This document shows positions 20,101 through 28,030 of a stretch of 64,000 bases of DNA, piece by piece (within the stretch, counting starts at the first letter, position 1; each line of letters opens with the position of its first letter). The stretch comes from Bacteroidales bacterium. GTDB taxonomy: Bacteria > Bacteroidota > Bacteroidia > Bacteroidales > F082. The DNA is taken from contig JAFZDU010000074.1 of the NCBI GenBank assembly GCA_017561025.1, positions 7,603 to 71,602 on the forward strand. Direction: 5' to 3'. A model generated the notes under the pieces. That model saw only the letters and a program-made list of their open reading frames with translations, was not told the origin of the DNA and ran no database searches. The translations under genes and the position numbers were made by a program.

Positions 20101-23100
20101 GATGCTAGCCCACTCGAAGGCGGTAAAGTCGTTTGGGGTGATTTCGAAAACAATATCCTCACTTACTCAGAATGGACAGGTGTTTACAGAACAATGGCAA
20201 ATGATTTGGATGATGAAGAACGTCCTATCATGAGACTCGTCGCTTCTGACCTCGATATCAACCTCCCAGCAGGTACATACTGGGTTGAAGTAACTTCATC
20301 AGGTACATTAGGCAGCGGCCCATGGGGCGTTCCAAGAAGTATTTGGGGACAAAGCGCATCAGGCAACGCTCTCTTGAAAGAAGGTGACACATACGTTCCT
20401 TACTTAGACTCAGGTTACCAATTAGGCATGACAATGGTACTCAGAGAAGGTTACTCATACAGAGGCCGTCAAATGAATATCAATAGAAATGCAACAAGCG
20501 CAGCATCAGCAGCTTCAACAGAATTACAAGAATCAATGACAGAAGCTCAAATAGCACAAGCTGCTGCTACACGTGGTGAACAAAACATCAACAACATCAC
20601 ATTGGTTCCTGGTAAATATTACTTGGTTGCATCTTCAACAAGCGAAAACTACAACGTAATCGCTTCAACAGCAACAATCCCAACTCCAGCTCAACCAACA
20701 TTGGTTTACCCAGCTTACCAAGCTAAAAATATTGAAGCTCCTGTAACATTACGCTGGAACTTACCAGAATATGCAACAGAATACCAATTATTATTAGGTA
20801 CAACATTCCCTCCAACAGAAGTCGTTGTAGACTGGACAAGAGACTTGGCTAACGGTTACCAAGTAATCGACTTATACAGCCACAGCAACTACTTCTGGCA
20901 AGTTAATGTACGTAACTCTTCAGGTACAGTAGAAGGTCCAACATGGGCATTCACAACATCACTCCAAGTACCTCAAAGATTAAGCATCGAATCATCAAAA
21001 CTCTATCCAGGTAATGATGCTGTATTGTCATGGAAAGACGTTAACACACGTCAACACCGTGGTTATAACATTTACCAAGATGGCGTTAAGATCAACAAGA
21101 CTCCTGTTATCGCAACATCATATTCAATCTCAGACCTTGAATATAACATGGAAGGCTATGCATTCAATGTTACAGCTCTCTACGATGCAGGCGAATCAGA
21201 ATTATCAAATACAGTCAATGCTCTCATGACAGGCATGGGAACTGTTGAAGGTTACACATACGAAATCGACGGCGTAACACCAATCGCTGGCGTTGAAGTA
21301 GTATTGACAGGTTTGGATGAATACAATAAGACTACTACAGTAAACCTCGTATCAGACGAAAACGGTTTCTATTCAAGTGAAGTACTCGCTGGTACATACA
21401 ATGGCGTTGCTACAAAAGAAGCTTACCAATCAGCACAAATCAGCAATGTAGTCGTTGCTTATGACAACTTGACAACAGGTGCTAACTTCACATTGAGAGA
21501 AGTATTCTTCCCAGTTGAAGCTATCGTAGCAGAAGAAATCGACAACAACAGCGTCAATACATATTGGAGCTGGGACGAAATCACAGTTGTTGAACCATTC
21601 GATCCAATGTGGATCTACTACGACAATGGTGAATACAAATCATCAATCGGTACAGGTCAAGCAGCACCATGCTACTGGGCAGTATCATTCCCTAACACAG
21701 AAGAATACGCTGGTTCAGTTCTTTCAAAAGTTGCTGTATTCGACGCAGCTCCTGACTATGCAGGAACATACACAGCTAATATCTACCTCGGTGGCACAAC
21801 AGCTCCTGAAACATTAGTTGCAACACAAAGCGCACAATTAGTTGGTGTAGGTGACATGGTTGAAATCGTTCTCGACACTCCAGTTCAAATCGACGGTACA
21901 CAACCATTGTGGATCACATTCTACACATCAACAGTTACATATCCAGCAGCAGGTTGCGCATACGTAGGCGAAACTAACAGCGACTGGATCTCATTAGACG
22001 GCGCAACATGGGAACACGTAGCAACAGACTATCAATTGAACTACACATGGATGATCAGAGGCTTCTTGACAGATCCTAACGGCACAACAAGAGCTCTTAG
22101 CCGTGAAAGCTACAAACCTCAATTCGAAGGTGGCGTTTCAACAGGTACATTCGTAGCTGACGCAACAGCAGAAGCTAAATACGTTGGTCTCCCTGTTATC
22201 GAATCTAACAGAAACAACCGCGCTTTGAAATCATACAAATTATATCGTCACAACTACTTCGATGGTGAAATCACAGATGAAAACATCGTTCTCGTTGCTG
22301 AAGGTATCACAGACACAGCATATGTTGACAATGGCTGGGCTACATTAGAAGGCGGTGTATATAGCTGGGGTGTTTCAGCAGTTTACGAAGGTAACAGACA
22401 AGCTGAAAATGAATCACCAATAGTATGGTCTAACACTCTCGCTAAAGACATGTACACAAGCGTTGAAGTTAGCGTTGCTACAAACACAGAAGATTCAGCA
22501 GAAGGTACATTAGTTACATTTGTAAATATTTCAGAACCTGAAATGGGTTATGATTATGAAGTTGCATTAGATGCTACAGCATACTATGAATGGCCAGAAT
22601 TCCGTAAAGGTACTTACTCATTGACAATCATGAAAGCTGGTTTCAACTCATGTGCAAGAGGTGAAATCATGGAAATCTGGGACAACACTTCAGTTGACTG
22701 CTTACTCGAAGAAATCGCAGCAGCTGTTAACGGTCTCTACGTATCTCCAACAGGTTGGGCAATGTGGAAGAATGAACCAGCAGTTTACGGCGACGAAGCT
22801 ATGTATGACTTCGAAGGCGGTTTCCAAGGATGGACAACACTTGACGCTGATGGTGACGACCACAACTGGTATCATATCATCAACACACACTCACACAACG
22901 CTGACCCAATGCCATCACACTCAGGCGAAGGTCACGTAACATCAGAGTCATTCTGCTTCAACGAAGGCGCTCTTACACCAGATAACTACCTTGTATCTCC
23001 ACAAAAATTCGCTATCGGTTCAATGTCAGTATTGAAGTTCTGGGCAGCTGTCCAAGATTCAAACTTCCCAACAGAACACTTCGGTATCGCTGTTTCAACA

Positions 23101-26013
23101 AAGAGCAACGACAATCCAGAAGACTTCACAACAATATGGGAAACAACAATGCAAGCTAAGGGCGGCGTTAAAGGCGAAGGCCCAAGAGGTACAAGAGACT
23201 ACGGTCAATGGTATCAATTTGAAGTTGACCTCTCACAATACATCGGTCAAAATGCTTATGTAGCATTCCGTCACTTCGACAGCTACGACCAATTCTTCTT
23301 GTGCGTCGACGACGTTGAACTCGTTAACCAATTCGGTGGCGGTAACAGATCAATCGTCAACTACGATGTATATTTGAATGGTTACCTCGAAGATCAAATC
23401 ACTTCAACATACTATCAACATTCAGGTCTCATCTACGGTGAATATTATACAACAACAGTTGTTGCTAACTATACAACAGGTTCAAGTGATGCTATGTCAT
23501 ACAACTGGACAGCAGTTAAATGCGACAACTTCGAAGGCGTATCAGAATTCACAGCTGAATATGTAAACGGCAACGCAGTTCTCAACTGGGTCATCCCAGG
23601 AATGGAACCAGAAGTAAATGCTGAAACATTCACATACAGCTTCGATACAGACTTAGAAGGCTGGACAACAATCGACGGCAACGCTGACGGTCATATCTGG
23701 TATCATTCAACAGACAGTGAATTATATCACGCTGTATTGCCAGGCGATCCTCACTCAGGTGCTGGCTACGCTGGTTCAGAGTCATACTGCAACTATTACG
23801 GACCTCTCTTCCCTAACGATTATTTCGTAACACCTCAAAAATATGCAGTTGGCAACGGTGCTAAGATCTCATTCTGGGCTTGTTCAAAAGATAACTCTTG
23901 GGCTTCTGAACACTTCGGCGTAGCAGTTTCAACAGCTGGTAACACTTCAGAAGCTGACTTCACAACAATCGCTGAATGGACAATGACAGGTAAAGCTAAT
24001 GCTAAGGCTGTACGCGGCAGAGGCGAACAAGGCAACTGGTATCAATACGAAGTTGACTTAAGCGACTACGCTGGTCAAGAAATCTACGTTGCTATCCGTC
24101 ACTTCAACACAACAGACATGTTCATCTTGATGGTTGACGATGTTGAAATCACAACAGCTGGCAGAACAAGAGACAGCAAAGAAGGCACATGGATGTACTA
24201 CGATGATGGTAACTACGTTGACGGTATCGGCGGTCCTGCTTCATTCCAATGGGGTATCAAGTTACGCGCAGAAGACCTCGCTCAATACGCTCCAGCAAGC
24301 TTGACAAAGGTTTCTATCTACGACCGTCTCTCAACATCAGGCGTATTCAATATCTACTTAGGTGGCAATGCTGCTCCTCAAACAAAAGTTCATACACAAA
24401 CATACACATTGACAGGTGCTAACGACTTCGTTGAAATCGAATTGACAGAAGCAGTAGCAGTTGACGGTGCTGAAAACGTATGGGTTGTCTTCGAAACAAC
24501 AGACGGAACAAGCTTCCCTGCATCATGCACAGCAAGCACAGGCGATGCTGACGGTCGCTGGATTTCAACAGACGGCGTACAATGGTTCGACGTATTGACA
24601 GGTGCTGGCATCGACGCAACATGGATGATCCGTGCTTACATCGGTGAATCAGAAGGCGGTGAAGAAGACGACGATGATGACACAGAAACAGAAGCATTAT
24701 ACCTTGGTGCAATGTTATATCGTGATGGTGAATTAATCACTCCAGAACCAATTAAGACTGGCACATACTCAGAACCAGTTGAACCAGGTATGGAACACGA
24801 ATACTGCGTAAGAGTTGTTCACGCTGGCGCATTAGACAGCACATACTACGCAATGTCATGCCCAGAATGCATCGACTTCGTAGCAGCTCTCCCATGCGAT
24901 GCTCCAGAAGGCCTCTATGGCGTTCAAGCAACAGAAGGCGGTCAAACTGGTGTAAGCCTCGTATGGCCTTACTCATCACCAATGTCAGAATGGTTATACT
25001 ATGACAACGGCGTTAACGAAGACGCTATCGGAGGTCCTGCTTCATTCACATGGGGTATCATGTTCCCATCAGCAGCTATCGGCGGCTACGACGGAACAAT
25101 GTTGACAAAGGTAGCTATGTTCGACTATGCAGTATCAACAGGTGACATCCTCATCTACTACGGTGGCTCATCAGCTCCTGCAACATTGGTCCACAGCCAA
25201 CCTTACACAACATCAGGTCTCGGCCAATTCGTTGAATTCGAATTGACAGCAGCTCTCCCAATCGACATCACACAAAACCTCTGGGTTGCATTCTCAACAA
25301 CACAAGGTGCTAACTACCCAGCAGCAGTATGTAGCGATACAGGCGATCCTAACGGTCGTTGGATTACATTGGATGGCACAACATGGGAAGACGTTACAGC
25401 TTACGGCTTATACGACACTTGGATGATTCGTGCTTACGTAACTAATGAAGCTAAAGGTGAAATCTCATCTCTCGCTCCAATCACAGATTACGAATACACA
25501 GTAGGTACAGGCGAGTTTAAAGCTAACGGCGCAGCTAAAGGCCGCAGCTTAGACCACTATAACATCTATCGCGGTACTTCTGCAAACAACTTCGAATTGA
25601 TAGGCGAAAGCAACGAAGGTAAATACTTCGACGCAATCTCAACAACAGGCACATACTACTATCAAGTAACAGCTGTTTACAAAGCTAACGGCGAAGAATG
25701 CGAATCAGAACCTGCATCAGCATACGACAACCCTAACAACAATTACGTTGTAGTTGATGTTGTTTCAATCGATGAAAACGGTGTTAACGGCATGATGATC
25801 TATCCTAACCCAACAAACGGTAAGTTGAACATCACAGCTGAATATATGACACGTATCAGCATCACTAACACATTAGGTCAAACAATCTATGATCAAGAAG
25901 TCGACTCAGACAACCAAATCATCGATATGACTCAATATGAAGCTGGTGTTTACATGGTACGCATCACAACAGAAAACGGAGTAGCAGTAGAACGTGTTAC
26001 TGTCGTTAAATAA
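17146..26013 (+). CDS. Giant (2955 aa) T9SS-sorted adhesin/hemagglutinin with GLUG-like repeats, Fn3 domains and two HagA/gingipain-type cleaved-adhesin domains
   Basis: Signal peptide MKKFLTFLMLMVLLVPNALRAD. Repeats Y(A/M)GGI(G/I) and RIGGISGY (18340-18960). Two domains with WTT(L/I)D(A/G).(G/A)D.H.WYH...PDNYLVSPQ...EHFG(I/V)AVST...WYQ(F/Y)EVDLS...RHF...VDDVE(L/I), clearly similar to P. gingivalis HagA/Kgp adhesin modules. IYPNPTNGKLNI...GVYMVRI C-terminal domain. Confidence 0.85.
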   Translation: MKKFLTFLMLMVLLVPNALRADELIIGEGTNSTNNAPFANFYSNSWVEAIYPASEIGESGLITSISYYNVSQGSTLSTYDLRIYMAETTKNTMSSTSDWTPMADLELVYEHNDVVLGGDAGWQKFELDTPYLYEGKDNLVVVVAKKTYGYSGMAWQYTPTPNTCLVRRSDFSPDNYANHPGTNTDYTWVTDFRSNIKLDFTPKAVDCYKVLSLNVVETGKNTITIEWEPYPGQSEWDVFVSMTETPNEFTQPTATVSETSYTFTGLKGFSNYNVYVRGNCGSSTGKWKAAKASTDPDWNGAGTEEDPFLIYSRNDLYMLTVSMQNGFNTEGKYFLQMADIEGIDFAIGSGAKFPFRGVYDGNGYSVDLNIYGSHNQGFFETVGAGTIIRNLTTTGKVESQYWQTGGVVAYVDLSAGVAEGGRHVVIENCVNRANLKSNDNNVGGMLSDFNSNGTDYLYVRNCVNYGTITAISSSSYAGGIGGRMQKDAVIENCVNYGTINGPSYMGGIIAYPRTNVNIIDCCNYGEVKGTGERIGGISGYSSGGSIHNCYNAGTVTGNNYMGGIIGRLKASSENLGVVCNVYNAGAVVSSSNNTETTGALVGYNEGDYSVVTNAYYLEGVYGNAYGSTCNEALISNVSSFTQDAELAYRYHLTTAVEGTTNLVAALNAYEGLGSNEWYEDIYGNCKYLPTFNIGNPPGLEFNPSPLAMGPRAIGAQLHSEVVKVTNTGSLPMEVTLLELESESFITFDNTKENPQVPFILEAGKSVDVYITTKSDPSITAKEYTTSIVAMWNNQRTASIGTITATAYVPAEGDVVETAIAATMPMNAAVDGTSFANNYELPGSTPDASDVVYEINIDKDVLFSAEVDGNNAKIALYAENMNGELYPNTGNNYVGPAIAPVADLAFFYFGQDEFITHYGQGANGANVSAICGNCVNYGANLVHPSRSIVDDFSSAKDIVINEMEFFAYQTGSTTESTFTGLYVKIYDASPLEGGKVVWGDFENNILTYSEWTGVYRTMANDLDDEERPIMRLVASDLDINLPAGTYWVEVTSSGTLGSGPWGVPRSIWGQSASGNALLKEGDTYVPYLDSGYQLGMTMVLREGYSYRGRQMNINRNATSAASAASTELQESMTEAQIAQAAATRGEQNINNITLVPGKYYLVASSTSENYNVIASTATIPTPAQPTLVYPAYQAKNIEAPVTLRWNLPEYATEYQLLLGTTFPPTEVVVDWTRDLANGYQVIDLYSHSNYFWQVNVRNSSGTVEGPTWAFTTSLQVPQRLSIESSKLYPGNDAVLSWKDVNTRQHRGYNIYQDGVKINKTPVIATSYSISDLEYNMEGYAFNVTALYDAGESELSNTVNALMTGMGTVEGYTYEIDGVTPIAGVEVVLTGLDEYNKTTTVNLVSDENGFYSSEVLAGTYNGVATKEAYQSAQISNVVVAYDNLTTGANFTLREVFFPVEAIVAEEIDNNSVNTYWSWDEITVVEPFDPMWIYYDNGEYKSSIGTGQAAPCYWAVSFPNTEEYAGSVLSKVAVFDAAPDYAGTYTANIYLGGTTAPETLVATQSAQLVGVGDMVEIVLDTPVQIDGTQPLWITFYTSTVTYPAAGCAYVGETNSDWISLDGATWEHVATDYQLNYTWMIRGFLTDPNGTTRALSRESYKPQFEGGVSTGTFVADATAEAKYVGLPVIESNRNNRALKSYKLYRHNYFDGEITDENIVLVAEGITDTAYVDNGWATLEGGVYSWGVSAVYEGNRQAENESPIVWSNTLAKDMYTSVEVSVATNTEDSAEGTLVTFVNISEPEMGYDYEVALDATAYYEWPEFRKGTYSLTIMKAGFNSCARGEIMEIWDNTSVDCLLEEIAAAVNGLYVSPTGWAMWKNEPAVYGDEAMYDFEGGFQGWTTLDADGDDHNWYHIINTHSHNADPMPSHSGEGHVTSESFCFNEGALTPDNYLVSPQKFAIGSMSVLKFWAAVQDSNFPTEHFGIAVSTKSNDNPEDFTTIWETTMQAKGGVKGEGPRGTRDYGQWYQFEVDLSQYIGQNAYVAFRHFDSYDQFFLCVDDVELVNQFGGGNRSIVNYDVYLNGYLEDQITSTYYQHSGLIYGEYYTTTVVANYTTGSSDAMSYNWTAVKCDNFEGVSEFTAEYVNGNAVLNWVIPGMEPEVNAETFTYSFDTDLEGWTTIDGNADGHIWYHSTDSELYHAVLPGDPHSGAGYAGSESYCNYYGPLFPNDYFVTPQKYAVGNGAKISFWACSKDNSWASEHFGVAVSTAGNTSEADFTTIAEWTMTGKANAKAVRGRGEQGNWYQYEVDLSDYAGQEIYVAIRHFNTTDMFILMVDDVEITTAGRTRDSKEGTWMYYDDGNYVDGIGGPASFQWGIKLRAEDLAQYAPASLTKVSIYDRLSTSGVFNIYLGGNAAPQTKVHTQTYTLTGANDFVEIELTEAVAVDGAENVWVVFETTDGTSFPASCTASTGDADGRWISTDGVQWFDVLTGAGIDATWMIRAYIGESEGGEEDDDDDTETEALYLGAMLYRDGELITPEPIKTGTYSEPVEPGMEHEYCVRVVHAGALDSTYYAMSCPECIDFVAALPCDAPEGLYGVQATEGGQTGVSLVWPYSSPMSEWLYYDNGVNEDAIGGPASFTWGIMFPSAAIGGYDGTMLTKVAMFDYAVSTGDILIYYGGSSAPATLVHSQPYTTSGLGQFVEFELTAALPIDITQNLWVAFSTTQGANYPAAVCSDTGDPNGRWITLDGTTWEDVTAYGLYDTWMIRAYVTNEAKGEISSLAPITDYEYTVGTGEFKANGAAKGRSLDHYNIYRGTSANNFELIGESNEGKYFDAISTTGTYYYQVTAVYKANGEECESEPASAYDNPNNNYVVVDVVSIDENGVNGMMIYPNPTNGKLNITAEYMTRISITNTLGQTIYDQEVDSDNQIIDMTQYEAGVYMVRITTENGVAVERVTVVK

Positions 26014-26025
26014 TAACTAACTCAT

Positions 26026-26063
26026 AGAGACGTCACTGTAAAAAGGTGGCGTCTCTATTTTTT
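26026..26063 (+). terminator. Intrinsic terminator after the giant adhesin gene (GAGACGU-stem family)
   Basis: AGAGACGTCAC-9 nt-GTGGCGTCTCT (one U-G) followed by ATTTTTT. Confidence 0.75.
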
Positions 26064-26075
26064 AAATTATCAAAT

Positions 26076-27824
26076 ATGAAAAAGTATTTATTATCTCTTA
26101 TTATCGTACTATTCTCATTAGAACTGCTCAACGCTCAACAATATGTTGTAACAACTCCAACAAATAAGAATGTTCTTCTTGAAGAATATACCGGCAATTA
26201 TTGCACATACTGTCCAAACGGACACCGCATCGCCAATGAATTGGCAGCAAAATATCCTGGTAGAGTGTTCCCTATAAATATCCACGCGGGAAGTTTCGCT
26301 TCTACTAGCTATCCAAACATGACAACAACACAAGGTAACGAATATAATAATAACTTCGGTGTTACATCTTATCCAACAGGTATCCTCAACCGTATGGGTC
26401 AAGTTAGTTATACCCAATGGGAAAATAAGGTGGATGAAATGATGAAGGAAAATGCTATCGTCAACATCGCTGGCGACTATACAATCAACGCTGCAACACG
26501 TACTGTGCAGATCACTGTTGAGATGTATTACACTGGCAATAGCTCTGAATCAACAAACTACCTTACTATCTATATGTTACAAGATGACATCGTAGGTTAT
26601 CAGGCAGGTTCAAATTTAAACCCAACACAAATCGTCGACGGTCAATATAACCACACTCACGTGTTCCGTTCTGCTATCACATCAACATGGGGCGACGCTG
26701 TAAGTCCAACAACAGCAGGTTCTTTGATTACAAAGACTTACACTTACACAATCCCTCAGTCAATAGGCAGTCCTAACGGTGTTGACGTTGACATCAATAA
26801 GGTTTATTTCGTTGCTTTCCTTACAGAAAAAAATGAAGGTAACGTGACACGCCCAGTGCTCAACTCATGCAAACTCGGTGAACCTTCACCTAATATGTAT
26901 GTCGTTGACTTGTGCTACGGCGAAAGCTACACAGAACATGGTTTCAACTATAACAAACCAGCAGCAGGTTATTATGAAGAAATAAAGGAAAACAATGATG
27001 GCAGCTATTCATATTTATATCTCACTGTCTATCCTTCTTACACACGTAACCTCGAAATGGAAATCTGCGAAGGCGAGTCATTCCACTATGGCGCATTCCA
27101 CTTCGACAATCCAGAAGCTGGCGTACATACTCAAGAAAACGTCCTTCAAACTGTTGACGGCTGCGATAGTACAATCGTCATGACATTGACAGTTTATCCT
27201 TCTTATAACATCGAAATCACCGACGAAATCTGCGAAGGCGAAGATTATAAGAAACATGGTTTCAACCTCACAAACCTTTCAGCAGGTATTCATAACAAAA
27301 CACGTGAACTTGAAACAAATTTCGACTGCGATAGTATCGTCAATTTAGTATTGACAGTACATGAGGCACCTGAAGTTACTATTTCAGGCAATACAAACAT
27401 CTATTCAGGTGAAGGCGCAACATTGACAGCAAGCGGCGCTGACTCATATCTCTGGTCAACAGGCGAGACAACAGCTTCTATCACAGTTTATCCTTCTGCA
27501 ACAGCAACATATTCTGTAGTAGGAACAACTAACGGCTGCGACGATGAAGCAGAAGTTACTGTCAACGTAACTGTTGGAGTAGGTGAGAACGAATTGGAAA
27601 ACACTAAGGTTTATCCTAACCCAACAAATGGCGAATTGAAGATCGAATGCCTTGGAATGAGAGAGATTTCAGTCTTCATGCCAAACGGTCAATGTGTTGA
27701 AAATATCTATGTCAACGACGATGCATATACTTTAAACATGAGCGAATATAAGTCTGGCGTTTATTATGTTAAAATAACAACAAAAGACAATGCTGTTAAA
27801 GTATGCAAATCAGTGAAAATGTAA
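26076..27824 (+). CDS. T9SS-sorted Omp28-like CxxC protein (modules A-D-D-D-E-CTD)
   Basis: The ORF track starts at GTG 26046, inside the upstream terminator, so I use ATG 26076 (MKKYLLSLIIVLFSL). LLEEYTGNYCTYCPNGH. Three C.GES(Y/F)..(H/Y)G(F/A) modules. SGADSYLWSTGETT module. VYPNPTNGELKIEC...GVYYVKI. Confidence 0.75.
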   Translation: MKKYLLSLIIVLFSLELLNAQQYVVTTPTNKNVLLEEYTGNYCTYCPNGHRIANELAAKYPGRVFPINIHAGSFASTSYPNMTTTQGNEYNNNFGVTSYPTGILNRMGQVSYTQWENKVDEMMKENAIVNIAGDYTINAATRTVQITVEMYYTGNSSESTNYLTIYMLQDDIVGYQAGSNLNPTQIVDGQYNHTHVFRSAITSTWGDAVSPTTAGSLITKTYTYTIPQSIGSPNGVDVDINKVYFVAFLTEKNEGNVTRPVLNSCKLGEPSPNMYVVDLCYGESYTEHGFNYNKPAAGYYEEIKENNDGSYSYLYLTVYPSYTRNLEMEICEGESFHYGAFHFDNPEAGVHTQENVLQTVDGCDSTIVMTLTVYPSYNIEITDEICEGEDYKKHGFNLTNLSAGIHNKTRELETNFDCDSIVNLVLTVHEAPEVTISGNTNIYSGEGATLTASGADSYLWSTGETTASITVYPSATATYSVVGTTNGCDDEAEVTVNVTVGVGENELENTKVYPNPTNGELKIECLGMREISVFMPNGQCVENIYVNDDAYTLNMSEYKSGVYYVKITTKDNAVKVCKSVKM

Positions 27825-27851
27825 TTGATTTTTAACACTCTTATAGGTAAA

Positions 27852-27883
27852 GGGCGCGGTATTGAATCGCGTCCTTTTTTTTT
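27852..27883 (+). terminator. Intrinsic terminator after 26076-27824
   Basis: GGGCGCG/CGCGTCC stem (one G-U) followed by T9. Confidence 0.7.
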
Positions 27884-27928
27884 ATGAAAAATGCCAAAAA
27901 AATGACCTGTAATTATGAAAAATTTTCA

Positions 27929-27936
27929 TAATTTTG
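27929..27936 (+). promoter_or_regulatory. -7 box TAATTTTG for 28031-31780, overlapped by a 23-bp perfect palindrome
   Basis: Exact match. A second candidate TACTTTTG lies at 27960-27967. The palindrome AATTATGAAAA-A-TTTTCATAATT spans 27911-27933. Confidence 0.45.
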
Positions 27937-28030
27937 CAACTTTATTTTTAAAGTGAAAATACTTTTGTATATTATTGATTAGTAATTGAATAATTATAAA
28001 CTTATTTATCAAATTTAATTAAAATTCATT

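Noticed and set aside
26046-26075. GTG start given by the ORF track for the 26046-27824 ORF.
   Set aside because: The GTG lies in the 3' arm of the upstream terminator hairpin. ATG 26076 gives a normal signal peptide.
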